A model generated the notes under the pieces. It had not been told where the DNA came from. It was given only the letters and a program-made list of their open reading frames with translations, and made no database searches. A program made the translations under genes and the position numbers. A stretch of DNA of 64,000 bases from Spironucleus salmonicida (taxonomy: Eukaryota): positions 372,001 through 436,000 of the forward strand of contig NC_090596.1 in the NCBI RefSeq assembly GCF_000497125.1. Reading direction: 5' to 3'. Positions 1 to 12,951 of this stretch are shown here, piece by piece (position 1 is the first letter of the stretch; every line of letters starts with the position of its first letter).

Positions 1-1953
1 TAGTACTTAAATATAAATAACAATATAATTTCTGAGAAGTAAAATTGGTTAACTAAAAAGCTATATTTACTCATCCTTATCAATATTTGAATCTGCAAAC
101 ACCGATATACTACTTATGGAGTTGAAAATCGTTTTAATCATTTGTGATTCATGTTCATTATTAAAATAAAATGGGCTGATCTTATAATTATTGAAACTTA
201 AAATTCCAGTGTATTTACTCTCAGATTACTACACAGATTTAAAACTATATAATATAAGTTCACATTATGAATTTTAAAGAAGAGAAAGAAGATCAGTTTG
301 TGCGAAATATTGAGGAATTTATTCCAACTTATGATTAATTTCAAAAATAACAAACTCAACTTAATCAAAAACTGTAATAGAAAGTGGAATTAAAAACTAG
401 AAATCATTGTAGAATTTATAATAAACTCTTGACTAAATGACTGATGTACAAACTTCGCTACTTAAATACTAGTTTGTATTTAAATTCTATGAAGAAATGA
501 AGTTAAAATATGATATTTTTGTGTTTTATTACCTTTAACTGATTTATATTTTTATAAAGAGATTTTTATTATCTATATTAGGTAAATATATTTTCATTTT
601 ATTAATAATAAGTTTATTTTAAACCTTATAATCATAAAAAAGATGATTTTTCTAATCTTATTCTTTTTAGTTTATTTTTTAAAAGATATAGACCTCCTTG
701 AATATTTAATTATCTATTTTAAGACTATAAGTTGTATTATATGTAAAATATTCAACAACATGTTATTGCTTAATCTTAGTTTTTATAACAAATACTAAAC
801 TTGACTAAAATTTCAATAATTAATCATTTGCTTCGTCATCAGAAATTTACTGAGTTTAATTTAGATAAACAATTTCTTTAATACTTTTAATTTAATTTTG
901 AATAAATTTGTCATTGTTAACTAAGCAAGACTCATTATCATAAAATATTTCAGGATAACATTCTTGTGTGAGTATAATTTTGTTCATTTCTTATTTTCCC
1001 CAATTAAGATAGCTAAATCTTACTGTTAATAAAAATACATTAATATATTTATCAGAAGCTAACAATAAAGGAATTATTTAAGTTAAATCTTTTTTGAAAA
1101 GTTTGGGATACTTATACATCTTGCTTTCTGATACTTAATAAGTATTATATGGAGTAATAGTATAATTTAATTCTTTGAATAATGAATCTTATTGTTAATT
1201 GAAATACTCTGAATACTAATTTTGTATTATATTACTAGATGCCATACTTTAATTTATATCAATTACCCCTATTAGAAATGGAAACATAAGGTTTTAGCTA
1301 ATATTTTTGATAATATCTTTATTAAAAATATTATTTGACACTTTCTAACCTGTATAATATTAGATAGCTTTGTCTGTATCAGAAGAATATCGTTCTATAA
1401 TATAAACTATCTTCAACTTTGTCAAATCTGGTACTTTCATAAAGAAACACTTAAATGATTAATCTTAGATTAAATGAGTGAATTACTAAGGTATAATATC
1501 AGTTGTCATCATTTCACTTACAGGTAAGTATGTAATACTACCATTTTTATTTATTTCTTAATATAAACCTGCTATAATCCTCAACGGTTCTTCAATAAAT
1601 TTAAGCTTAGTATTAGAAACTAGTGTACTAAAATTTATAGCTATTATAGGTTCAACTTATTAAATAGGTATAGTTGGAATAAATCTAATAGGTTAACGAA
1701 TAAATTTATTTGCATAATACAATGAAGAGCCTTTTTCTAATCTTTATGGTGGTTTTATGAACTTGTATTGTAATTATTATGGAATTAAATACTATAAATG
1801 CTACGACAGATATGGTAATAAGTGCTTTAAAAATTATTGCCGTTGTTGGTCCTGAGGATTAAGAGATTTAACATCATTCTTAAGGAATTCCTGAATTTAC
1901 ACCAAAAATCTATGATTGCATGGGTCAAAAGGTCTAGTATAAAGTTACATCAT
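1..1953 (-). CDS. DOCK-C/D (zizimin-type) Rho GEF, N-terminal part; runs off the window start
   Basis: ATG at 1953; no in-frame TGA for 651 codons under the TAR=Gln code. Motifs EEPLRIIAGLY, PVSEMMTTD, IVYIIERY, MFPFLIG and NHLFYDYKV resemble the DOCK N-terminal/DHR-1 region. Confidence 0.6.
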
Positions 1954-2002
1954 TTTTATATATACTTATAATATTATGAATTAATATGATTAGAAATCAA
2001 AA

Positions 2003-2284
2003 TCAATCAGAATCAGATTATTATTGTTCGTTAAATTTTTTATCATGATCGTTAAATCTTTGCTCAAAATTACCTAATTCTTCCATATTGTAGTCTTTTG
2101 AGAAAATTCCAGTCTCTTATTCTAACTAAATTGTCGCATCAAATTATATTTCTTACTGTTGTAATTCTACTTATTAACCACTTCGTTTTTGTAATTCTTC
2201 TCTCATATTCCTTGTATCATAGTAATTCTGTTTCTAACAAATTTGCCTTGTGAAAACTTAGGCTTAGCGTTGTTTTTCATCCAT
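2003..2284 (-). CDS. hypothetical protein (93 aa, acidic C-terminus)
   Basis: MDEKQRQAQV...QQQSDSD*, open under code 6, with AT-rich spacers on both sides. Confidence 0.55.
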
Positions 2285-2326
2285 TTTTAGTTTAGAAATT
2301 TAATATTTATCATATATTATATAAGG

Positions 2327-2935
2327 ATGGATTAAATAATGGAAAGCTCTAGCTCGATGGAGATTGAAGATGAGCATTAGACTAGATTAGGTACAGTTCA
2401 CGATCAAAAACCAATCTATTTTAATTATAACAATTCAAACCAGTCATTTAATAAATATATTAATCCTCTTTACCTTTTAGGATCTCCATTTTTGCTAAAA
2501 ACTTAATGCTTACCATTAAACTTTATAAAATAATCCAAGTAACTAGATTTTGAGTAATTAGTGTTAAATATATCAAGATGTATAATAGAATAAAATTTTA
2601 ACCCAGATCACATTAGATTTACGGAAAAATCTTAGAAAATTGATAACGAATGGAGTAAGTATATATAATAAATGCGAATTAAACATAAAGAGATTTAGTC
2701 CAGTCATTCAAGTGTCTTGGATTTTATTAGAAGTGATATGAGGAAAAATAGTAGATTATTGTAAATATTAGGATCTAGTTCATATTTAGTAGACGATTAT
2801 TATCGTGATAGAAAATTATTTTAGCATGGTTAAGAATAACTGGAGCGAAGATATAGACCAACTAGACATGATATTAAAACCTTGGAGTTTGAATAAAAAC
2901 AGCAGAGAATATTTAAAAAATAAAAATAGCACTGA
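2327..2935 (+). CDS. hypothetical protein (202 aa)
   Basis: ATG-to-TGA frame under code 6; divergent from the previous gene. Confidence 0.6.
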
Positions 2936-2980
2936 TGATATATAATATATAAATATTATAGTGTTTGAAAAGTATTTAAA

Positions 2981-4078
2981 ATGCATTAATTTTTTGCTTT
3001 GTTATAATCATTTAATATTAAGTCAATGAGGATAATTAATGAAATTCCTTATGCACTTTTACATAATATTGATAAACCTGGTATTTATAATCTTCTTACT
3101 AATAAAATTGTATTAAAAACTCCAAGAGCGTAATCCTTTGCAGCCTCTGAATCAGACTTGTTTTTCTTCAGATTTCCTAATAAATATTTATCATAAATAA
3201 ATCCACAAACTTCTGAGCTGATCTCACATACCCCAGTTTCTTTATCACCAGGGTAGGATTAAATTTTCATATTCAAAACAACAATAGCTATATTGTATCA
3301 TAATAAAGATAATATTGTATTTAGTAATGGTCGAGAAGATTAATATTATGCTCCTAATTTTGATAATTTTCAGCCTAATCTAGAAAATTCAATTTAAATA
3401 CAAAATTTCGTTTTTTGTTCTAATTGTATTATTGAATTTGATGTTGAGAATTCATTTTTTTAAGCAAAAAGTTACGAAAAAAATTAAGGAGAGATTATAG
3501 AAAAATTAAAAGAAAATTTTCAAATAAACCATATTTTTTATAATGAGAATAATGAGATTATGATAAATGAGATGAAATAAATAGCTATATTTTTTGATTT
3601 AGAGTTTTGGTGGGAAGGATAACAGCTTTATTTTGAAATTTTTGATTTATTGTTCGATGAAGAAATAGTTTACAAGTCTACAAAAACTGAAATTAGGTAT
3701 ATGATGGAGTAAGGGGTGAAAAATTTGATGAATGTTGAGGATAACTTGAGTAGTAGTTAAAGTTAACTTAGTTAATTAAATAGCAAAAGTGTCAAAAAAC
3801 TTGATATGCTTTAGATTGATAGATTGTTAGAAAATAGCGATTCTGTTAGTATTTTACGAGAAGAAGATGAAGATATAGTTATTAAAACTCTTGATTAAGA
3901 TATAATATCACCTCCATTAAAAACTTTATCTTTATAGGACTAATACATTAAGAACTTAGAAAATATCAAAAAATTCGATCTCGTAGAAGCTGTAGATCGT
4001 ATATCTAAAACGGGTATAAGCGTTGAACTTGGTGCTGATAATTTATTCCAAGAGATGATCAAATTTCTAAATGGGTGA
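2981..4078 (+). CDS. hypothetical protein (365 aa)
   Basis: MHQFFALL...EMIKFLNG*; start and stop are in frame. Confidence 0.6.
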
Positions 4079-4161
4079 GTTTTAATTGTACCATTTAACA
4101 AAGAATTATTTTATTATATAACAAAATTATACTTTATAACATTAATTTCACTATCCATTAA

Positions 4162-4824
4162 ATGAAATTACAGCTTTCCGATGTTCTAGTTATTTCTTAG
4201 CAAATGAATGCTGAAGCAATTTAGACTTTTAGATGGATTCAACATGGTATTTCTGATGTATCTGTCCTTTCATCATGTATAAATTTAGTAGAACTTGATT
4301 TATCTTAAAACGCTATTACAGAGATTCTATTTATCTAATTTTTGCCTAACTTAAGACGTCTTTAATTAGATTTTAACGGTATACATTCACTTTAAATCTT
4401 CAATAAAACTACCATTAACGGAGACTCAATTTACAAACTATAATATCTTTCACTGAAACAAAATAAAATAACGAACCTACAACAGATACAGGCCCTTGGA
4501 AAAATAAAATCTCTGATTTCAGTAAATGTTCTATGTAACGAAATCCTTAATGATCCTCAGTTTTACCAATACGCCTTAGCAATGCTTCCGAATGTTCTTC
4601 ACCTTAACGAGACATAAGTTCGTTACGAAAACGGTGATCTAATAGATTTAGACAAGTTTATTGATTCTTTGCCTGGAACTGTTGAGGATGTTACTGTGGA
4701 GCCTTGGCTACCTGAGTCTGCATTTGATTTAATTGAGCTTCCTGGATTCAATGAGATTTGTATTGAGCTCGAGCAAGCCGTGAGGAGTTCAATTGAGAAG
4801 TTTTACGTATAAGAAACATAGTGA
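4162..4824 (+). CDS. leucine-rich repeat protein (SDS22/U2A'-like LRRs with LRRcap)
   Basis: LVELDLSQNAIT, LKRLQLDFNGIH, LQYLSLKQNKIT and an LPNVLHLN cap; ends in AGTGA. Confidence 0.8.
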
Positions 4825-4826
4825 TT

Positions 4827-5729
4827 TCAAAGATTTTCAACAGTTTAAAATTCATCAATTTCGGCAAGAATTTAGACATTTCCACTAGCCATCTTATGGA
4901 GTAAAATAGCATCGTCGAGTGCACAATGAACCTTGAAAGCAGAATAGTTAGATTAAGATTATAAACATAAAGTGGAATGGAAATAACAGGAAAAATCTAG
5001 TTAACGATAATTAGAATGTAAAAATTGTTAGTTATAAAAAGAAGAATATTCGTGAACGTAAACCTTCAGGACGTGCTGCTCCATAAACTTGTTTTTTGCT
5101 ATTAAAATATAAGGCTTAAAGCGTTCGCAGAATGTCCAGAAGTCGTCTAAAACAGTTGATAGCTATATGCCTAATGTTCCATCAAGTTGAGTAATTGCAA
5201 AGGCTCGATTTGATGCATTTTCAGGTTTTTTGATAAATTCGTGGAAAGTCGATATTAACTCGTTATTTTAGGATACTGCAGCTCCGATTTCAGAAGGATA
5301 TATTTATAATTGATGATTAATATGAACCTAGTCATAGGCTTCAAAATCTATATAAATCTTATATAATGGACATGGTGTAGGGTCAAACTATTCTATAAGC
5401 TCAACTTTAAGAGTTTTAATTTCATTACATTGCTAAGTTAAGTAAAATATTTAATTCTCAATATAAAACTAACACTAATCGTCATGTAACGGAAGAAGAT
5501 ATGCGGCTCTTTCGGGTTCCTCAAATCTGACTGCGAACAAAGGCCTAAGATTATGAATATTATTAAATTTTATAGGAATATGGTAAAATACTGTTGTATT
5601 TAATGTAATTTTATGCTTGGGGAAAAGTACTTAAATTTATTTTTAGGTTTGAATATATGACCCATTGATGAATATGAAAAGACTTTACTTATCAAGTACA
5701 AAATTTTATAAAGTCCAAATATTTGCCAT
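4827..5729 (-). CDS. DEDDh (DnaQ-fold) nuclease, Maelstrom-domain-like
   Basis: 300 aa with IYIDFEAY, YPSEIGAA, STFHEFIKKP, LIAKNKFME, SCYFH and HCALDDA. Confidence 0.7.
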
Positions 5730-5837
5730 CATTCTCCTGGTATACTAAGATATGTCAATGATGTGTTAAATAATTATATGTGGCTTAACGATCATTAAAA
5801 AATTATATATTATACTTATTATATAATAATATATCTT

Positions 5838-8429
5838 TCACTTTCCATCTTCGCCCTAAACGAAATTATGGTAAATTAGCATTTTCTCTTTTGCCTATTC
5901 CTGAATATCCAGCTCGATCTAAAATCTAACAATTCTTTCTTTAACTATGTCCTCTGCTTTTTTATGAATTTAATTGAATTTATAAGCAATATCATCGAGC
6001 TTGTCAAAAATCTTTTAAAGATACTACTTTTAAAACAAACTTTACAACTGTAAATAAACCCAGTCAACCTATTCTTAGTTAGAAATTGGTTATTCGGTTA
6101 TAGCAATTAAAAGCTGTAAAAGCATCTTACACGACTGCTGAATGGAAAATTGGTTCACAATCAAAATTTCTGAATTCTTTAAAACGCTCTCAAACTTACC
6201 AGAAAGCTGGTTAAAAACGATGCTCTAAAGTTCAACAATTTTCATTTTGTTTGTCTGGTCTTCGATATTTAGGACCTAAAGTCGAAGATATAGCTCTTTT
6301 ATGGCGACTACAGACGCAAAAAATGTTGAATCCTTCGAATTTGTAGCATCTAGACACGTCGAAACTGCCTACGAAATAGTGATATTCGACTGCTTTACAA
6401 CAAGGCTCTCGTCCAGCTATTAAAAGAGTATTCCTATTACCCTCAAAGCGGTGGACTAGACTCTTGATTGCTTGGATGCTAATTTGATGATAATTTCGAC
6501 CAAATTGGCATTCACCAAATACTTCTAAACCAAAATTCCGATGGTCTGCATGAGCGGTTTCTTCAAGTTTGCTGGATTCTTATTGTCGGTCATGAAGCCC
6601 ACGAGAAGTTCTAGGGTCTGCTGGATGAATGGTGAGTTAATGCTGATATCATCATATGTAATTTCTAGCTATATCAGAGTCTGATGAGCGTAAAATACGC
6701 GTGAGCGCTCGTAGTGCGATTCATCTTCGTGCTGAAAGTCGTCTAAACAGCAGTTGATAATTAAATTTTATAGCTATTCACGGATGCAATCATCCAATAA
6801 ACCAAGAATTTATACAGGTGTGTGGTATATTATACTGAAAAATCTGAAATCAACAGAAGCGTGTACAGATGACATGATAATACGGTTTAAGGCTTAAATA
6901 ACGTAATCTTCATAAAACTGAATCAGAGATGAATTGACAAAACCAACAGTTGGTGGGCGTACCAGGTTTTTCAGATCATTTTTAACTAAAAAGAACTGTA
7001 ATTGATAATTTGTAGTTTGTTTCTCTGGCGTCTTAGAAAGAACACCCAGAGTCAAATTTAGACCGTGCTAAAATGCTTGAATAAAATCTTATAACAAAGA
7101 TAAATTAAATTTTAGCAAGTCCTCGTTAATTTTTTCATCTAATACACTTTCCATCATATTTTCATATAATGAGCGTATCTTATTCTCTCCGTCTTCATTT
7201 AAAAATAATTTCAAATTTTCTTCAAAAGGAGCAAGATCAACGATAACACTTAGAGCTGGATAGATTGCCAAGAAACTACTTAAAAACAGCATTTGATCGA
7301 TTATTGACTCTTTACTAAAGTCGTATTCCCATTAATTGAAAACTCCAAATTAATTATTATTATTAGCTCCATTAATATCTTTCCAAATATCGTGTTAATT
7401 GTCATAAAAGAAGGTTAAAAAGTCAATTGTATCAGCCAAAGGAGCATAAAATCTTTATAAAATACTTCTATAATAAGGTCCATGTCGGAACTCATTGAAA
7501 CTATAAGAGGAAGATATATCGCGTTTTAAACTCTTTAAAATTAGAGTTTTTATTTTAATACTCTCCCCACTCTCCAGTAATAAAGTTAATATTTAAGGTC
7601 TCAAATTAAACCAGCTTATACTTGAAAGTAAATTTTCGTAGGTGGAAAGAATTAGTAAATCAAATGTAACATCATTTTTAACTAAAAGGTTCAGTTTTTC
7701 AATAGTTTCCTAAATAGCAATTCCTTGGATTATAGACTATGATAGTATATTAAATTTTTCAGGCATACAAATTGCTTATTTAAAAACATTACGGGAATCA
7801 AAAACAGCAATATTAAGCGTTTTTAAGGCTTCTCTAACGATCGTTATATCAGAACTAGCTAAAAATTTTGTAATAATAGCGTTTTTTCCGAACAGTACAC
7901 CCCAAAATTGCGAAATTTGCGATGCAGAATTTTTAAAAATTGCACCTAAAAGTATAATAAGCTAAACTTTATGCTTTGTTTCAACTTTATCAGCTGAGTT
8001 AACGCAATGTGTTACTATTTTTTGCATTGATTTTGCGTCGTTTCTAGGATCTACTTTGTGCTTTGATTGTTTATAGAGAATGTCAATTAGTATTTGTGTG
8101 TATTTTTGCAGTGAGTCATCACAGTCTGCGCTAGCGAAAAGGTCAGCGGCCTGGCTCCAAAACAGTCCTACAGCCTCCCAGGAGACAAATTTCGTGCGCG
8201 CAAGCGAATGAGAAGCGATAGCTTTGAATAGAGTTATCTCCTCTGAAGATAGTTGGTGCTCCTTAAGAAGCTCAATAACCCTAATGAGAAGTTTATCGCC
8301 TTAGCTGCTACCGGTTCTAACCTGATGGTTTAGTAGATACTTGTCAAGCTTAAAAGCTATTTTTTTGAGCTCTTATATGTTGGTTGATGATAGAAACTGA
8401 GTATAAAGTTAGTTATATTGGGCCTGCAT
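5838..8429 (-). CDS. ARM/HEAT-repeat alpha-solenoid protein (863 aa)
   Basis: Frame includes track ORF 7089-7292. ARM-like segments QKYLVNANLVEIIIKLASKQSRVQSTALRVIGIL and LASSDITIVREALKTL; ends in AGTGA. Confidence 0.65.
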
Positions 8430-9100
8430 TTATTTAAAAAAGGAAAGGATAATTAAGTATTGAATTATATAATAAATATATATGTTATAAAATAATGGAA
8501 ACGAAAATTAATATTCTAGTCAATTATATAATATTACAGACATAAAATACATATGCTTTTATTATTAATAATTGATGAATAAAATTACTGCATAATCTTG
8601 CCAGACTTAATGATCTATCTGTTATAATTGATTGGCTTTTTTACTATATAAAATAAATGTTATCTTATCTTATAAGTAAACTACTGAATTCTATCAAAAT
8701 ACAACTAGTGATGATCATACTTTTTGTGATAAATAAAATAATGATATAAAAATATAGAATATATGAATAATTTTATTAGAAAAATAATTATAATTTTTAA
8801 ATCTATCTATCATATTGGTAGGAAATATAAAATGTACAAATAAATAATAAAATCAGTATCCTTTAAGAACAAAACAAAGTTGTGTTAGTTATCAAAGATA
8901 TAAAAATTATGTCTACAAATTAGTATAGTTTAATATAAAATATTTATAGATTAATGAGAGAAAGGTCTTTATAAATAAAATATAAGTTGATGTAATAATT
9001 TAATATAATGATAATTATATTCATAAACTAAATAAATATTATCTGGGATTTTCCAACTATAAATAAAATACTTAACCTATAATTATCATAGAATTTGCAT

Positions 9101-11388
9101 ACTTTGAACTATCGAGGTATGTAATAAAAAGCGATAATAAAATATAAATTTATCTTCAAAATATGTACATATTTGAATTTTAATGTTATTACTAATATTT
9201 GTATTCTGCTTTAACCTAGACTTAAACTTTTAAGTCCTCTTAAAAACTATACGCGCCTTTCCTATTATAAAACAACCATAGTTTCTAGCTACTCTACTGC
9301 ACACCTACCAGGATTTTTACCTAGCATCTTGTAAATAAATGAAGCTAAAAGCGTTAGTAAAGTGTTAATCTTGTGAAACTGGCAAGTTTCTTACAAGTGC
9401 TAGCATTCGTGATGATTGAAATGCTGAATACAAGAATTACAGTAGCACCTCTGAAACTTGTTCGGAATGCAAGAATGACAAATTTCTAATCGGTCGTAGG
9501 TATTCCAATAGTGTTGATGACCAATCTTTCCCTTGCATATGAAATTTTGCCACCTGCAAGACAGATAGAGTCAAACGGGAAACATGTATCGGCAACGATG
9601 ATACCAATAATTCCCGTCCCTATTCCGTGACAAAGGTGGCTTTTCGAGTCTGTTGAAAATCACTCTAAGTCTTGCTTTGCATTTTCTAGGAACTGCTACA
9701 CGTCTTCTAGTGCAGCTGCATGCACAGCATGCGCTGATTGGTACGCAGTGGACATTAATCTCGCACGAAATGCTCTGCCAACAAAGACACCTGTACGGAA
9801 TCCCAAAGGGACGTCAAAGTAGAAGATGACAAATACGTAAAATGTAACCAAGAATATTAATGAACTGCGAGCCCTATAAGCTCAACCGCCTGCTCCTCAT
9901 GCACTGCCGGGTACAGTTTATATGGAAGTCCCTGCGAAATCTGCTCAGACAGGCGCCTGAACCACGATGGAGACAAAGCAACCTGCTAAGCCTGCAAGGA
10001 TAACTTCTATAACTGGCACAACAATTGCTAGGGCTGGATTACGAACATGGTATACAAAGTTCAGTTCAGCACGGCCACCGAACGAACTACCTGGTATGCA
10101 ATTTACGAATACATGCGCCGATAACAATGCAACCGGTACGACGTGTAGGGTTGGCTTCGATACCAGCAGCTCCTGCACTAAAACTGCAATCAAAACTCCG
10201 ATTGCAGCGTAAACTAAATCCACTCCACCACCTGTAAGGACTGCATCTCTAACTTCGCTAACTGATCTGGACCCCTAAGCACCCGCTGGCCTACCTCCCT
10301 GGGAATTTACTGTAAGTAACTTCCTACACCGCGTGCTATAATGCGTGATAGACGTATTCTACCAGAAAAGAACCTACACTCTTTGCAAAAAACCTATTTT
10401 CTCAAAGATGGAAAATGCGCTTCCTGTACAGGAATAGAACAGAATAATGCTACTGCAATACTGAAGCCGGCTTTGCTATCTGCGATGCTTCTGATGGTAA
10501 TAAATTATCCGCCTGTATAAATGGCAATAAAAGACTCCAACAGCGCTAGCTCAGAGTGTGATCCTGCCTGCACCAGGGCAGTGCGTGGTTACACGCATTC
10601 CACAGGAATATAAAAAACCTGCTCGATGTACTCGGAACTTCTGATATTTATGCTTAAGGATACCAGATCTACATCATCCAGACCCGTGAGCAAATTGCTC
10701 AGATAAAATGGGCGCCAGGAATGCATGTGGTGGGACCGCCGTGGTAGATTAAGAAGAAAAGTACAAAATAGTAGCAGAAAACCCGAGTTATGCCGGTAAT
10801 GTTCTGAAAACACTAAGTTTTAATATTTATTTTCGTGTAAATTGGAACATAATCTATAGATTAATGATTTCAAATTCCATTAACGCCTATTACAGGTAAT
10901 ATAACGAGTTAAAAATATAGAACTGGTACGCAGAGTAGCTAAGACACTACTCCGCAGAATGTACAACTACCTCTTTAAAATTAATAAAACATATAGCCTT
11001 TTAAATCAGAGCATATCTCAACTTCAATAAGCTGGTATCGTAGGTCCTAACTTTACGATATAACTTTTATCATCAAAATATTCATATAATGATAGCAAAT
11101 AGAGGTTAACGAAAAATAAAACGATGCCCATGGGTGATTCAATTTTCAAAGTCCAAATATCTGCATGCTAAAATGAAAATACAAATATATATCAGTACAG
11201 TGGCAGCTTGAGATCAGTAAATTTAGTGTAGGTGATAAAATAATTTTATTTATTCAAATTCCGAGGTTTTAGCAAGTCGCAATAAATAATTTAGTACTAG
11301 CGTAAGAGTTACTCTGGTGCACGTCAGTTCTACTCTAATTTTTTCCTGTTCTTGGTAGTCTCATAATAATCTTAGTTAGTAGTAAAAA
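9101..11388 (+). repeat. left arm of a 2288-bp inverted repeat
   Basis: Reverse complement of 34369-36656 (paired coordinates sum to 45757). About 7 substitutions seen by eye; the arms have equal length. Confidence 0.97.
9183..11388 (+). pseudogene. decayed cysteine-rich membrane protein (CRMP/VSP-like) pseudogene
   Basis: Signal-like MLLLIFVFC start. CxxC units (KCQSCETGKFL, TCSECKNDKFL, ACTACADWY, ACSSCTAGY, TCQACKDNFY) are spread over several frames with TGAs. The 3' boundary is uncertain. Confidence 0.8.
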
Positions 11389-12087
11389 CAGTTAATAATT
11401 TATTTCATTCTAGATTCAGCATAAATTAGAAGCCCTAGGAATTAGTATGTATTATTTTCTCATTCTGAATAATACTACTAGTGTAGTAAAAATGTGTTTA
11501 ATAGAAATATTATTAATTTATATTAATCAATCATAGTCACATACAAAGAATATAGGAACTATAACTATCTAATTTTGAGCTACACTTTTACTTTGAATTA
11601 ACAATTACTTACAAATATAAATTATTCTATGATGAGTTTCTAGTGATCAAACTAACTTATAATATAAAAGACGTTAATAGAACTATACTAAACTAAAAAA
11701 TTAAGTTATTTTTAAGTTTAGCTAACTTTTCAAATTAAAAATTACAGAATTGTTAGTTTTAATGAAATTATATGGCAGCCAAATATTAATTTCAAATCAA
11801 AATTTCTATATAAACATTATTCGTATTTATTTGTAGTCATATGCAAATATAAATTTGACAATTCGTCTAGATAATAAATAAAAATTATAAATTAAACATA
11901 AACTTAATATCGTAATGCGCATTAATAATCTCATCGAAAGGAATACAGAATTAAAAATTGATATTGAAATTTAGTTATCCTTCTTAAAAATAAATAAATT
12001 GTTTACAATATTATCTAAATAGAAGATTTTATTTATATAAGTACTAGTTATAAACAAATACAAATTTATTAATGATATAATCAAACA

Positions 12088-12900
12088 TCACATAGTTAAT
12101 TGCTGTAAAATTTCAAGTACGGTTTCTGCAAATAGTACTGGGTCTTACATTGTTAATTCGTGTCGTTTTCTTAATTTTTTTATTACATGTGCTTATTTTT
12201 CTAGAAGTTAAAGAATTGACTTGTTGTCCACCATCTTATCTTTAGTACAAATGATAATACCATATGGAACAGTAATCTCCTTAAAAATATTTTCTTTATT
12301 ACTCAATGGAAATTATTTTATTATTTTTAAAAATGTATTCATGTATTCTTCATAGGATTCATCAAACAATTTTTATTATATTATTAAAACTTCTTCTTAT
12401 CCAATTTATTTCATATCTTTTAAAATTGATGAAATAACTGCTTGCTTATGCTTAATTATACTAGTACCGGATTTTTTCATAATATTAAGTCCAAGTTGTT
12501 TTATTTTGTTTATCTTAATACCTGCAGTGCATGATAACACTAATCCTTTACAACCCAATATTTTTGATAACTAAGCTGATAATAATCCACCCATAGAATG
12601 ACCAATCAGGTAAAAATCTTTTAGTTAAAAATGTTAGAGAACAGAGTAACAAAGAGTGCTCAAATTAGTAAATGAATAATCTTCGAAACCTTATGAATGC
12701 CCATGGCCTGGTAAATCAAATGTATATAAATTATACTGAGCTGACAGATTTTATAGCGCAGGATAATTTAACTATGTGGAGCTTCCTAAACCATGAATAA
12801 AGAATATATTCTCTTTATTATGTGAACCATACATGTATGTAGCAATTTTTATATCCTACAATTGCATGAACGTTGGCTATGAGTCAATAAATACCTTCAT
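12088..12900 (-). CDS. alpha/beta-hydrolase fold protein
   Basis: FIHGLG, FDLPGHGHS and the GHSMGG nucleophile elbow; C-terminal D and H candidates. Confidence 0.9.
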
Positions 12901-12951
12901 TTTTAGAATTTTGTATATTATTAATACTCATATTCTGGTTTTTAATGAATA

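Noticed and set aside
5838-8429. Scc2/NIPBL identity for the solenoid protein
   Set aside because: The resemblance is limited to short segments that fit generic ARM/HEAT consensus equally well; a profile search is needed.
9370-10270. TGA codons at Cys-like positions in the Cys-rich gene as selenocysteine
   Set aside because: Neighbouring Cys codons have also mutated to Arg/Tyr and there are multiple frameshifts, so decay explains them. No SECIS was identified.
9945-10813. Track ORFs inside the repeat arms (and their mirrors at 34944-35812) as real genes or a transposase
   Set aside because: They are off-frame or antisense shadows of a GC-richer CRMP pseudogene. No transposase, RT or integrase motifs were seen.
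9085-11405. Target-site duplications or terminal inverted repeats defining the repeat as a transposon
   Set aside because: No TSD is visible in the current or the flipped configuration, and no TIR is visible within an arm.
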